A DNA stretch of 64,000 nucleotides from the IMG/VR virus record IMGVR_UViG_3300005613_000001, positions 372,001 through 436,000 of that record. One strand, given 5' to 3'. This document shows positions 9,816 through 19,686 of this stretch, one piece after another. Under the pieces are notes generated by a model. The model did not search any database and had not been told where the DNA came from. It saw nothing but the letters and a program-made list of their open reading frames with translations. The position numbers were made by a program, and so were the translations under genes. Every line of letters starts with the position of its first letter. The first letter of the stretch is position 1.

Positions 9816-9845
9816 AAAAAAACCCTCGCCATTTGACGAGGGTTT
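9816..9845. terminator. intrinsic terminator
   Basis: AAAAAA CCCTCG CCATTTGA CGAGGG TTT. Confidence 0.75.
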
Positions 9846-9858
9846 GTCCTTTGTCAGC

Positions 9859-10227
9859 TTACCAGACCCCAAAAATCGCCCTTGGTCCATATAGCGCCCC
9901 TGAATTATAATAGAAATAGTAATTATTATAGGGGTTGTACGGATAGTAGTATGGATATGGTCTATAGTGGTAGTGATGTCTGTAATGTGGGTTGTGATGC
10001 GGTTTATAATGTGGATTATGTGGTTTGTGATGTGGATTCGGTTGATAGTGGGGGTTGTGGTGACGATTAGGCACATGAGCACCTGGCGCAACCATTGGAT
10101 TCGTATGCGGGTTGTGCAACGCATATGGATTGGGATTATTACCCATACTTCTCCGATAAACATGGTCATCGGCCATAGCAAGGGTTCCAAATCCCAACGC
10201 CAATAGAACTAAAGCGAATCGCATCAT
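9859..10227 (-). CDS. secreted His/Pro/Tyr-rich low-complexity protein
   Basis: signal peptide ending AMA, HNPH repeats, AGGAG RBS. Confidence 0.7.
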   Translation of the reverse strand: MMRFALVLLALGFGTLAMADDHVYRRSMGNNPNPYALHNPHTNPMVAPGAHVPNRHHNPHYQPNPHHKPHNPHYKPHHNPHYRHHYHYRPYPYYYPYNPYNNYYFYYNSGALYGPRAIFGVW

Positions 10228-10239
10228 AAGCTCTCCTTT

Positions 10240-10644
10240 TTACCTTCCACAGAAGATCCAAGAAAGCGTTCTGCGAACTGGTCTTCGGTTGTGGAAAAAT
10301 TTAACCGTATTTCTTACGGGTTGGTATGGTTGATAATACCAATATCCATGTGGATGGTACTGGTTATGATAGTAATAATAACCATTATTGTGGCAACCAC
10401 CACAATGTTCACACAAAGGCCCGCCACATGACTCGCATCTAGGTCTTACAGTTTCAGTGGGCTCAATGGGCTCAGTTGGTAAATCTAGAACAGCCGGGGG
10501 AACTCCCTCGTTGCCCTCTTCAGTTGGTTCCGTCTCAACTTTAGCTATGGGACCATGCGATTCTGCTACACACAAATCGTACAACAAAGTCCCGTTAATC
10601 GCTATAGCTAGGAGGACGGCTATACTGGCTAAGATCCTTTTCAT
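10240..10644 (-). CDS. secreted protein with CxxC pairs and QPVRN/RPVRR tail
   Basis: GGGAGG RBS, signal/TM segment. Confidence 0.7.
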   Translation of the reverse strand: MKRILASIAVLLAIAINGTLLYDLCVAESHGPIAKVETEPTEEGNEGVPPAVLDLPTEPIEPTETVRPRCESCGGPLCEHCGGCHNNGYYYYHNQYHPHGYWYYQPYQPVRNTVKFFHNRRPVRRTLSWIFCGR

Positions 10645-10727
10645 AGATTCCCTCCCAAAGTTGTTAAAAAAAAGTTCTTCCAATCCTATATATGGTACAT
10701 AAGATCCATTTATCTGGAGAAAAGGTT

Positions 10728-11408
10728 ATGTTATCATTTAAAGACTGGAAAGAGAAGCAAAATATTATCAAGGAAAGCGCCCTAGCGGGTACGTTTAACC
10801 TTGGAGTAAAATCGCCTAATAGCATCGGCATAAGTGGTGCCAACACTGAGCCCGTTTCGGATATTGAATTTGAGCTAGAAGAAGCTAAGAAGAAATGTGC
10901 TGCCAAAAAGTGTAAAAAGATGGATGCTGAATTGGGTGACGAAGAAGACGCTGAGACTGCTCCCGATGGTGAAGTAGTTCCAAAGGAAAAAGCAGCACCC
11001 AAAGATTTAGATGCTGAAGAAGAAGGCGGCGAAGAGGAAGTGTCTGATGAAGATACTCCCGATGTCCCCGAAGAAGGCGATGAAGACGCCGAAGCGGAAG
11101 CCCCCGATGACGCCAAGAAGAAACTTCCTGTTCCTATGCTTCAAAAGAAGAAACAAAAGAAGCAGAAAAAGGAAATGAAGAAAGAGGAAACTGAATTATC
11201 CGATGACGATAAGGAATTCCTCGCAAGCCTCAAGAAAATGTATGATGCAGGAAATCCTAATCATAAATTTTCAAGTGGATTGAGCGAAGATGCACTGATG
11301 ACCCCGGTTGACCCCAACGCAGGATTGGCAGATATGGACCCGGAAGTAAGTTCTGATCCCAAACCGGGTGAAGTTGGCTTTGCACCGGATACCAAAATTG
11401 GTCAGTAA
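10728..11408 (+). CDS. acidic low-complexity putative prohead core/internal protein (MLSFKDWKE)
   Basis: CTS-like start; several I/L-x-E sites. Confidence 0.75.
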   Translation: MLSFKDWKEKQNIIKESALAGTFNLGVKSPNSIGISGANTEPVSDIEFELEEAKKKCAAKKCKKMDAELGDEEDAETAPDGEVVPKEKAAPKDLDAEEEGGEEEVSDEDTPDVPEEGDEDAEAEAPDDAKKKLPVPMLQKKKQKKQKKEMKKEETELSDDDKEFLASLKKMYDAGNPNHKFSSGLSEDALMTPVDPNAGLADMDPEVSSDPKPGEVGFAPDTKIGQ

Positions 11409-12305
11409 TTAAAGATAATCTCTAATTCCAGCATTTAAATCATACTTAGGAGCAAATCCCAAGATCTCTTGGGATTTGCTCATATTTGTTTCGATGTTAT
11501 TCTGAAATGTCTCTGGGTGGGGGTTCTTAACATATCTTAATTCAACACCACGCATATCCATACGCTCAAGCCTAAGATATTCATTCAATGCATCCAGCAC
11601 TTCTCTAAATGTATAAGGATTTCCTGTGGCGCAATTGAATATTCCTGATCCTTCAAAGTGCATAGCTAACATATTTGCTTCTACTACATCTTTTACATAA
11701 ATCCATTCTCTTCTTTGGTCGCCATATTCAAACAAGCAAACTTCTTCGCCTCTTTTTATTTTATTTGCTAACTGGGTTACCATGCTGGCTCTGCGTCCTT
11801 TGTGTTCCTCCCCAGGACCGTAGACATTGCAATACCTTAGCCCAACAACATTCATGTCATATTTCTTAGCAAAGTCCATTGCATATTGGTCAAATCGCAA
11901 TTTTGAAATAGCATACGCATTAAGAGGCTCTGGTTCGGAATCCTCAGTAAAGGGCACCTGACCGTTACCATAAACAGCGGTGGATGATGCATAAACAAGT
12001 TGCTTACATTCACTGTGATGAAGTAATGCTAAAAACAAATCACAAGAGGCGTAAAAATTAGCCCTCATCATCTGTTCGTAATTAGGATCGAGTGTATTAT
12101 TATTAGCAGCTTGGTGGAAAAGAACATCTACTTTCTCAAGTTCTCGCCAATCGATACCATTTAAACAATGAGGTATAAATTTTGTTCCTTCGGGTATTCG
12201 CTCGGGACAACTTCCCGTTACCATTACCTCATGACCTTGATCCAAAAGAGTGCGGGCAATATGGGAGCCCACAAATCCCGTTCCACCAGTTACAAGAGCG
12301 ATCAT
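11409..12305 (-). CDS. NAD-dependent epimerase/dehydratase (HldD/RfaD-like)
   Basis: TGGTGFVG, YASSTAVYG, YAISK, RYCNVYGP.E.HKG. Confidence 0.9.
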   Translation of the reverse strand: MIALVTGGTGFVGSHIARTLLDQGHEVMVTGSCPERIPEGTKFIPHCLNGIDWRELEKVDVLFHQAANNNTLDPNYEQMMRANFYASCDLFLALLHHSECKQLVYASSTAVYGNGQVPFTEDSEPEPLNAYAISKLRFDQYAMDFAKKYDMNVVGLRYCNVYGPGEEHKGRRASMVTQLANKIKRGEEVCLFEYGDQRREWIYVKDVVEANMLAMHFEGSGIFNCATGNPYTFREVLDALNEYLRLERMDMRGVELRYVKNPHPETFQNNIETNMSKSQEILGFAPKYDLNAGIRDYL

Positions 12306-12317
12306 TTTGAAGACCTT

Positions 12318-12467
12318 TTAGGTATAGACCCGACTTTGGGGAGCCCATTCCGGTCCCCCTATTCGCTTGGCCTTGGCGAGTTTATCTAATCTGTCACGTT
12401 TATCTTTCGGCTTTATCAATTCAGGTTTTTTAACCTCTTGAAGTTGAAGCCATTCCTTAAAGTTCAT
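12318..12467 (-). CDS. 49-aa peptide with CTS-like start MNFKEWLQLQE
   Basis: hand-translated; fills the gap between co-directional genes. Confidence 0.65.
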   Translation of the reverse strand: MNFKEWLQLQEVKKPELIKPKDKRDRLDKLAKAKRIGGPEWAPQSRVYT

Positions 12468-12470
12468 ATT

Positions 12471-13133
12471 TTATCTAGTAAATGCACCTGCAAAAATATT
12501 AGAAAGCCAGCCTCCTTTGAATATTTTGTTTAGAATTGCTATTGAGTGCTTTACGTCTTGTTCCCAAATACAATGGTTTCCCTTCTTTCGCTCAAAGGCT
12601 TTTAGAATTCGGTAATTGTTTTCTATTAGGGCTCTTTTCATGGGAGCATATCTTTCGCTCCATGAGAAACACTCATCGTCTTTATTGTGAGACAGAATAA
12701 AGGGCATTTTGGGATGCTTACACCACGGCAGCAGTTGGGGCTCTAAAATAGCACCACTATGAACTACCACGCCAGCAAAGGGATTTTCACTGAAAGCAGC
12801 AACTTGAATTGCCATTACTGCTCCGGCTGAAAATCCTGCTAAAGCAATTTTATCTCTTCCAAATCCAAACTTATCCTCAATTCTACTAATAACCTCATCT
12901 ACAGCCTGCCTCGATTTTTCTATTCCATTTACGGCGGCGTCTTGATCTTTTGCACCATTAGGGAGTGGATACCATTTGAGCTTCCTTGGAGTTAACCCAA
13001 TAATTGTGGCTTTTGCGCCTTGATTTGCATAGCCTTTAGCGAAATCGGCCCCAGATCCACACCTACCAGGGAGAGTTATGATAATTCCTTGGGATGGGCC
13101 TTTTGGTTTGATAACGGTCCATTTTTCAATCAA
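12471..13133 (-). CDS. phospholipase/carboxylesterase (alpha/beta hydrolase)
   Basis: GFSAG nucleophile elbow, D and H at triad positions. Confidence 0.88.
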   Translation of the reverse strand: MIEKWTVIKPKGPSQGIIITLPGRCGSGADFAKGYANQGAKATIIGLTPRKLKWYPLPNGAKDQDAAVNGIEKSRQAVDEVISRIEDKFGFGRDKIALAGFSAGAVMAIQVAAFSENPFAGVVVHSGAILEPQLLPWCKHPKMPFILSHNKDDECFSWSERYAPMKRALIENNYRILKAFERKKGNHCIWEQDVKHSIAILNKIFKGGWLSNIFAGAFTR

Positions 13134-14058
13134 TGTGCCACTCCTTATAGAAGTCGTATTCTTTGCTGTATTTTAAAGATGTAATCTCTTTGTACAACTT
13201 CTTAGGAATCCACTTTTTAAATTGTGCAAAGAGCGAAGCGCTTAGCTTGGCATCATGTTCGGTAATTGCTTTCCTAATATTTTCTATGTCACACTTGTAT
13301 GTGTAGGCATTGGGAGGATACTCTTCAAGCATGTCCTCATTTAGATTCCAAAACAAATTTCTGTTGTCTTCATCTTCAATGAAATCTAAAGCCACTACAC
13401 ATAGATCATGGATCATGGAAACTAATTTTGGACTTGCTAGCCAGAAGTTACCAAGAGATCTATACTCTATACCATAATCAGTTTTTCTAAATCTACCTGC
13501 GTGTCCGTATAACTCTTTTCTTTGAATAGTGGTTTTATCAATATCCATAAGGACGGAGGGTAGTCCGACAAAGAAATCTAATGCTTTCGCCGCATCCCAA
13601 ACTCCGATGGGGAAAATATCAACTTGCCGTCGTACCCATCCCTCTTTTCCCAAATGAATATGACCCCCCGCACTTCGTTTCTGGCTATATTTAATAACCA
13701 TTTGAGGCGGGACTTTTTGCATCATCGTGTAGGCGCAGGTTTCGTCCTTGCACCCAGCAATAACCGCCTCTTTTGTTTTTAATTGGGATTTGGGGTACTC
13801 TTGAAAAGCTTGGGGGATTAATTTGAACGGCTGTACAATTTGTGCGTATTGTTGAAAGCATTCTTGAAAATTAAACAGGGTCTCTTCCTTGTCGTACCCT
13901 GGCTTTATGGCACACTCGGCCAAAACATTATCATAATAAAATTCATGTCCATTAACCCGATAACGGTTTTTGCGACTTCCTGGTACAATGCCGATAGCGC
14001 TGTAGATTGACCCATTTTTCCCCAACATGAACTCTGGGTCCGAGCCGAATGAGAGCAT
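13126..14058 (-). CDS. phiEco32-like COOH-NH2 ligase type 2
   Basis: GSDPEF, DNVLAE, RSAGGHIHLG, R.ELYG.AG.FR, YGIEYRSL.NFW. Confidence 0.88.
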   Translation of the reverse strand: MLSFGSDPEFMLGKNGSIYSAIGIVPGSRKNRYRVNGHEFYYDNVLAECAIKPGYDKEETLFNFQECFQQYAQIVQPFKLIPQAFQEYPKSQLKTKEAVIAGCKDETCAYTMMQKVPPQMVIKYSQKRSAGGHIHLGKEGWVRRQVDIFPIGVWDAAKALDFFVGLPSVLMDIDKTTIQRKELYGHAGRFRKTDYGIEYRSLGNFWLASPKLVSMIHDLCVVALDFIEDEDNRNLFWNLNEDMLEEYPPNAYTYKCDIENIRKAITEHDAKLSASLFAQFKKWIPKKLYKEITSLKYSKEYDFYKEWHID

Positions 14059-14933
14059 TAGTACACCTTTTCAATGCGGACAATTGGGGCATCTAAGCTT
14101 GTATCTAAATTAATTCGAGGCGGACTAGGAGGAGCTTCAATCTTTCGGATTGGTTTGGTTTTCTTTTTAATCTCCTTGATCTTACGATGCCAGTGGGGGA
14201 CAACACCTTTGGTATCTCCCTGTGCGAATCCAACAATTCCGCAGGTATCGTGCATGGTATCAATGGCTACAGGGGGGTAGTTCTCTCTGATGTCTCTAAA
14301 GAAGATTTTACGATCCCCTTGCTTTAAGATGCGGTTTATGCCTTTTTGGGCATATTTTAATTGTGAGCGATCTTGCTCTTGGTACGCTCCCGCAGCCCCG
14401 GTAGAAACTTGTTTGATGGTGGACTTATAGGACTTACCCTCTTCATGGATAAATCCAATTCTCAGCAAGAGCGTATAAAGGGATAACATGGGAGGCGACT
14501 TGATCCACCTACGACTGCCCTCAAAGAGCCACACGCCCCCGCTCGCGTACTTCTTGGGTGGATCTAGACATTCCCACGCATCACTATAACGTATTTTTAA
14601 TTTATTTTCTATTTGCCTCATGAAATCAAGGCAACCGGAGATTTTATCTCGGAAGTTTGGATCGCCCTGATTAGCCAAAAGGAGCCTGACTTTATCCAGC
14701 GAAATGGCCGGATCTTCCTCATGATCATACGTAAAGCGGTAAATACCACACACTTTGCGTTTGCATATAAAGCCCTGAACCGCATCTTGCAAGAAATCCT
14801 TGCAATATACGAAAACAGTGCTCTGCTCGTAGTCAGGTGAGACAAAAGCGTATTGAAGACCGCTCTGATAAACCTGTTGGGCGGTGCATTTTTTGGTGCG
14901 CCACTCTATCCCAACCTTCTTTTTGGTTCGCAT
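14058..14933 (-). CDS. hypothetical protein coupled to the ligase
   Basis: CKDFLQD, SLYTLLLRIG; AAAGGAGG RBS; TTGACA-N17-TATTTT upstream. Confidence 0.75.
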   Translation of the reverse strand: MRTKKKVGIEWRTKKCTAQQVYQSGLQYAFVSPDYEQSTVFVYCKDFLQDAVQGFICKRKVCGIYRFTYDHEEDPAISLDKVRLLLANQGDPNFRDKISGCLDFMRQIENKLKIRYSDAWECLDPPKKYASGGVWLFEGSRRWIKSPPMLSLYTLLLRIGFIHEEGKSYKSTIKQVSTGAAGAYQEQDRSQLKYAQKGINRILKQGDRKIFFRDIRENYPPVAIDTMHDTCGIVGFAQGDTKGVVPHWHRKIKEIKKKTKPIRKIEAPPSPPRINLDTSLDAPIVRIEKVY

Positions 14934-15016
14934 GGTCGCCTCCTTTGGAAATTAAAATAACACCTAACCAGAATCATGTCAATAGAATTATCGGGGCGGC
15001 GCACCTAGATAGGTAT

Positions 15017-15322
15017 ATGGAAGGTTTCAGGGAATTTATAACCGAAAAAAAATCCACTCATTCTGAGGGGGATGTAGTATTTTTGTATCTTCAGAAGGCT
15101 AAGATTACCGAGATTGCCACGCAAACGGGCCGTTCTATTGGGGAAATCTATAGAATATTAAAACGAAATCACATATCCCCAAATAGGCTGAAAACAGGAC
15201 ATAATCACGTACTCTATTACCATGATGCTGGATTTGACACTTCCCAAATTGCTGGGTTTACCAATTACAGCGAGCGAAATGTCCGCTATATCCTAAGAAA
15301 TAAATTGACCGATGCCAACTAA
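15017..15322 (+). CDS. tandem-HTH protein with CTS-like start MEGFREFITE
   Basis: ITEIATQTGRSIGEIYRIL and TSQIAGFTNYSERNVRYIL. Confidence 0.7.
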   Translation: MEGFREFITEKKSTHSEGDVVFLYLQKAKITEIATQTGRSIGEIYRILKRNHISPNRLKTGHNHVLYYHDAGFDTSQIAGFTNYSERNVRYILRNKLTDAN

Positions 15323-16178
15323 AGAGCAAATCGTTTTCCTATTATCTGGGGGTTTAAATAATAGAGACCCCAATGAATCCCTCGGTGGAGTGGCTTCTCA
15401 TGTGCCCATATTTGATGGGTTAAACAATTTGTACGATGACATTACCACAGAACAGGGTCGCGCGGGCACACATGTAGATTACCGCTGTTTTTATTTAAAA
15501 AACGCCTCCGATCAAAGATGGAAAAATGTAGTTGCCTATATTGACAATTATCCCACAGAAGGACAAGAATATGTGCCCGCTGTAGAAAGTGGAGCCTATT
15601 CACAAATTGGGGCGGCAAATGTTGATGATGTCCAACAGATTTCCGTTATAAGCCAAGGTGTAAACGGAGGTAGTTTTACGTTAGATTTTGATGGAGATAG
15701 CGTAATTGTGCCGTGGGTGAGCGGTGTTGCTGCTTGGGCTGCTAGTTTTCAAACAGCCTTACGAAATCTTGATAGTTTAAGTGAAGTGACAGTTGCCGGA
15801 AAGCGAGTGGTAACTCCCGTACAAAAATTTCACATTTTCACAGTTACATTTACAGGAGCAGATGGAAATAGAAATCAGCCGTTCTTAGAAACTCAAACCA
15901 ATAATCTTACCGGCCCTGGACCTATTACTATTAGTGAAACCAAAACAACAACCGGGGGACCGGCAAATGCAATTGCACAAGAAATCCCCGAAGAAACACT
16001 AGCACCTACTGGGGTAAGTTTTAAATATGCAAGTTTAGCCGATCCTTTAGAGCTTGGAACCTTGAATGCAAATGAATCTGTACCCATTTGGATTAAACGA
16101 TTCATGTTAGAGCCATATACGGCTGACTTCTTTGAAGATAAATTTACTATTAGCATTCAAGGGAAGGCAGAGATGTGA
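15312..16178 (+). CDS. putative virion structural protein
   Basis: SLGG..NNLYDDIT..DYRCFY pattern, beta-rich composition. Confidence 0.6.
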   Translation: MPTKEQIVFLLSGGLNNRDPNESLGGVASHVPIFDGLNNLYDDITTEQGRAGTHVDYRCFYLKNASDQRWKNVVAYIDNYPTEGQEYVPAVESGAYSQIGAANVDDVQQISVISQGVNGGSFTLDFDGDSVIVPWVSGVAAWAASFQTALRNLDSLSEVTVAGKRVVTPVQKFHIFTVTFTGADGNRNQPFLETQTNNLTGPGPITISETKTTTGGPANAIAQEIPEETLAPTGVSFKYASLADPLELGTLNANESVPIWIKRFMLEPYTADFFEDKFTISIQGKAEM

Positions 16179-16726
16179 AAAAAATAATCATCCTAATGGC
16201 AGTATTATGCTGCTCCCATGTCCATGCGGCACCCATATTGCCTAGAATTATTACCATCCCCGCCCCAATTGTTACTACTTTACTTGGTGAGCCACCCGTT
16301 GAAGAAGACTTTTTGAAGGCGATTAGGCGCTTTGAAGAGTGGAATAAAAATCTAGACAACCCTGATTTTTACTACAAGCGGGTAACTTTTCGTAATCGTG
16401 CTGGGAAAGTAATAAAATTCAAGGATCTTTCTGAGTTTGAGAAAAGCATCTTTTATATTACTCAGGGCAACAAACTTACGAACACGCTTGCAAAATTAGA
16501 GTTTTTATGGAAAATAGAGTCCGCCAGGTTACCAGATATAAATGTTAAAAAATATCTCGGTGAACTGACTGATTTGCGAAAAGATACTGCTGTAAAATAT
16601 GAAGATGTGATAGAAGGAATATTTAAGAAGTTTCCAAAAGAGATTCCAGAACAAGAGAGAGATTTGTTTTTGAAAGAAATACGCGAACTGCACGACAAGC
16701 ATAATTTGGTGAAACGAGATGAATAA
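16175..16726 (+). CDS. secreted hypothetical protein
   Basis: signal peptide; coupled GTG start. Confidence 0.7.
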   Translation: MKKIIILMAVLCCSHVHAAPILPRIITIPAPIVTTLLGEPPVEEDFLKAIRRFEEWNKNLDNPDFYYKRVTFRNRAGKVIKFKDLSEFEKSIFYITQGNKLTNTLAKLEFLWKIESARLPDINVKKYLGELTDLRKDTAVKYEDVIEGIFKKFPKEIPEQERDLFLKEIRELHDKHNLVKRDE

Positions 16727-17336
16727 AAATGTATGTCCTATAAGTGGTGAGAATTGCTACCTTCCTAAACCTCATCAAATAACGGAATTGGAAGATGGTA
16801 AGGTGGTAAAAGCATTCAAATTATGCAACAAATGTTTTTACGAATATGTTTCTGGGGATAAGAACTTCCCAAAGCCTAAACCAAAAGTAGAAATTGATCC
16901 TGAACAAGCAAATACGTTTGTTAAAAATTTAATGGACTTTGCGGAGACTATGATACAACAACAGGGAAGTCAATTCTCTATTCCTCAAAAAGCACCTTGC
17001 CCTAAATGCAATCAAACTATTGACAAAATAAATAAAACGGGCAAATTAGGGTGTCCTAATTGTTATGTGTGGTTTGATAAAGAATTGAAGCCTGTTCTTT
17101 ATTATTCACACAAGACACCCCATTCGCCCGAAGACATCATGCACACAGGCAAGAAGCCAAAGAAGTGGAAAAAATCTGCTAAACCACAACTGGAATCGCC
17201 TCAAATGAAATTGGTTAAGCTAAAATTCAAATTAGCCAAAGCTGTTCAAGCTGAAGACTACGAACAAGCTGCCAAGTTCAGAGATATGATCCGTGATTTA
17301 GAAGATGAAATCACTTCCTCTTCCTCTTCTTCTTAG
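16719..17336 (+). CDS. mcsA: McsA-like protein (CxxC motifs + UVR domain)
   Basis: CPKC..TGKLGCPNCY, HTGKKP, EDYEQAAKFRDMI. Confidence 0.85.
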   Translation: MNKNVCPISGENCYLPKPHQITELEDGKVVKAFKLCNKCFYEYVSGDKNFPKPKPKVEIDPEQANTFVKNLMDFAETMIQQQGSQFSIPQKAPCPKCNQTIDKINKTGKLGCPNCYVWFDKELKPVLYYSHKTPHSPEDIMHTGKKPKKWKKSAKPQLESPQMKLVKLKFKLAKAVQAEDYEQAAKFRDMIRDLEDEITSSSSSS

Positions 17337-18300
17337 ATTTAAGATACTCTTGAAAACTTCTAGGATCAATTATTCCAAAACCTTGGAAGAATTTTTTACC
17401 TGCATAGTCTTTATCTGAAATCGGAGTAGTATGCTTTCGGAGAACGCTCCTAATTGCACGAACCGTGTCCAATTTAGCTCCAGGTTTGTGTTTTTTAACG
17501 TATGACATAAGTAATGCTGTCACTCCGACCGCAAATGGACAAGCCATTGAAGTCCCTGACATCACACCATACCAATCATCGGGTATAGCACTTAAAATCT
17601 TTCCGCCTGGTGCCATAAAATCTAAATTCTGTCCTGTATTGCTAAAAGATGATCGTTTGAAATTCTCATCAATTGATCCAATTGCAATTGTCTCTGGATA
17701 ACGAGCAGGATAGAAAACATTTTTAGTTAATCCCGAGTTTCCAGCGGCACAAAAGACAGGAATTCCCTTCTTTGTAGCCAAACGAATTGCATTGTGTAAA
17801 TTTTGCACAGGAAATGGTGCGCCAAGCGACATAGAAATGATATCTACTTTGTTTCTAATTGCAAAGTAAATGCCCTTCGTCACCGCGTTTAAATCACCAC
17901 TTCCATTACGATCAAGAACTTTAACCGGCATAATTGTAGCTTGTGGTGCCACACCTATGATACCTAAATCATTTTTAGGGGCGGCAATAATACCGCAGCA
18001 ATGTGTGCCGTGAGCATTATCGTCAGCCGGTGGCTTGCTTGGATTTAGAATGTTTGCCCCACGTTTAACTACTAAATTAGCAGCAATATCAGGGTGGTCT
18101 AAATCACATCCCGTATCTAATACAGCTATAGTAACACCTTTGCCTTTTGTGTGTTCCCAAGCGTCGGGAAGATTGAAAGCAGTGATTTGCCATCCTGGGG
18201 CATCCCCTGCTTGTGCAATAGACATTGTTGTTTCAATTTTATAAGGAGGCAAAAAACAACGTCGCCTATTTTTCCTGTTCCTCTTCTGGTTGTACTTCAT
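17311..18300 (-). CDS. subtilisin-like S8 serine peptidase
   Basis: VLDTG, HGTHCCG, AAGN, SGTSMA. Confidence 0.95.
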   Translation of the reverse strand: MKYNQKRNRKNRRRCFLPPYKIETTMSIAQAGDAPGWQITAFNLPDAWEHTKGKGVTIAVLDTGCDLDHPDIAANLVVKRGANILNPSKPPADDNAHGTHCCGIIAAPKNDLGIIGVAPQATIMPVKVLDRNGSGDLNAVTKGIYFAIRNKVDIISMSLGAPFPVQNLHNAIRLATKKGIPVFCAAGNSGLTKNVFYPARYPETIAIGSIDENFKRSSFSNTGQNLDFMAPGGKILSAIPDDWYGVMSGTSMACPFAVGVTALLMSYVKKHKPGAKLDTVRAIRSVLRKHTTPISDKDYAGKKFFQGFGIIDPRSFQEYLKSKKKRKRK

Positions 18301-18730
18301 CTTTATCCCTCCATAAACCATTTCTATATTTTTCAACCATGAAATCGATCATATAAGAAATCATCACATAGATGATTAAATGTTTTACTTTGCCCGCAAA
18401 TGGCTTTAACCAAAGAGGCATTGCTTCCTTGACAATATGATCGTAAAGCTGTTCTAAGGCAAACAATACTGTTGCCTTCTTGTCTTTTCCTTCCAAATCG
18501 ATGAAGTCATCTACAGCTAAGATAAATTCATCCATACAGTTAATAAGAAAGGATACGACTTTCATCATCGTACTTGATCTTGTTTTGAACCAAGTCCAAA
18601 ACTTCCACCACGATGCGGTTACTTCCTCTGGAAGATCACCGTCCCAGATAGCCATAAAATGCTGAACTTTGTCATCCAAGACATCGTGTATTGCACCAAT
18701 GGGATTCGCGTCATTTACTACCTTGTCCAT
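18266..18730 (-). CDS. hypothetical protein
   Basis: GGAGG RBS before MDKVV. Confidence 0.7.
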   Translation of the reverse strand: MDKVVNDANPIGAIHDVLDDKVQHFMAIWDGDLPEEVTASWWKFWTWFKTRSSTMMKVVSFLINCMDEFILAVDDFIDLEGKDKKATVLFALEQLYDHIVKEAMPLWLKPFAGKVKHLIIYVMISYMIDFMVEKYRNGLWRDKDEVQPEEEQEK

Positions 18731-18777
18731 CTTTAATCCTCCCATACTATATAGTATTATTACTATTATAAAGTACC

Positions 18778-19686
18778 ATGAAGACTGTATTATTTGTATT
18801 AGGCGGCGGCATTGGAAATATAGTCCAAGCAACGCCCGCAATAAAGGCGATTGCAGCAAAAGGGTTTGTTGTTGATCTTAAGTTGCATTGCAATAGCACA
18901 AAAGATGTAGAAAGCATTTTTCATATCCCCGCTGTTCGCAAAGTTTTTGTAAAAGACAACCCTCCTGGCACATATGATTTTCAACTGAATGGCCCATTTA
19001 CTTCTAAAATAAAGCATAGAGCAAAGAAGTTTTTGAAAACTAAAGTCTATTATGCTCAAAACGCACCTGAAGTTAATGTTTATTTTGATTTGGCTAAACA
19101 ACTTGGGGTAACAGGTGTAGTCCCAGAAATAGAAATTAATCTACCTCAAAAGGGATTTAAACCCGAACACAAAGACACTGTTGCAATTTACCCCGGTTCA
19201 AAACCAAATTGGGCTATGAAAAGATGGAATAAATATGACCGCCTAGCAGAGCAATTCAAACATACAATGATAGTTGGCACATCCGATGATATTCATTCTC
19301 ATGGAAAGCCCACATGGATCACAAGACCGTGGAACTGGCCGCCGAATGCTACATTCTTTCAAGGGGGGCTAAGAGAAGTTGCTTATGCTATTTCAAAATG
19401 TAAAATGTTTATAGGAAATGATGGAGGTTTAGCCCACATCGCAGCAGCAACAAAAATACCAACATTCGTTTTATTTGGACCATCATCTCAAATGAAAAAT
19501 AAACCATATGCCAAAAATGCTCACGTTGTTGCTATTTGTCTCCGTTGCCAACCTTGTCAATTTAAAACATCAGGAAACGGAGATCAAATATTCAACGCTA
19601 ATCGCGCAAGTTGTATGCATAACATGAAATGTATGCGAGATATGTCTGTGCAATATGTGATAAGTAAAATTAATGCGTTGCTTTAA
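18778..19686 (+). CDS. GT9 (heptosyltransferase-like) glycosyltransferase
   Basis: GIGNIV..TP, MKRW, GNDGGLAHIAAA, LFGP. Confidence 0.9.
   Translation: MKTVLFVLGGGIGNIVQATPAIKAIAAKGFVVDLKLHCNSTKDVESIFHIPAVRKVFVKDNPPGTYDFQLNGPFTSKIKHRAKKFLKTKVYYAQNAPEVNVYFDLAKQLGVTGVVPEIEINLPQKGFKPEHKDTVAIYPGSKPNWAMKRWNKYDRLAEQFKHTMIVGTSDDIHSHGKPTWITRPWNWPPNATFFQGGLREVAYAISKCKMFIGNDGGLAHIAAATKIPTFVLFGPSSQMKNKPYAKNAHVVAICLRCQPCQFKTSGNGDQIFNANRASCMHNMKCMRDMSVQYVISKINALL

Noticed and set aside
9813-10190. Extended N-terminus of the 408-aa ORF
   Set aside because: Alternative frame of the His/Pro-rich gene and crosses a terminator; real start is likely 9812.
10664-11116. Ser-rich antisense ORF, and similar shadow ORFs (e.g. 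53218-53607, 33988-34425)
   Set aside because: Antisense shadows of well-supported genes.
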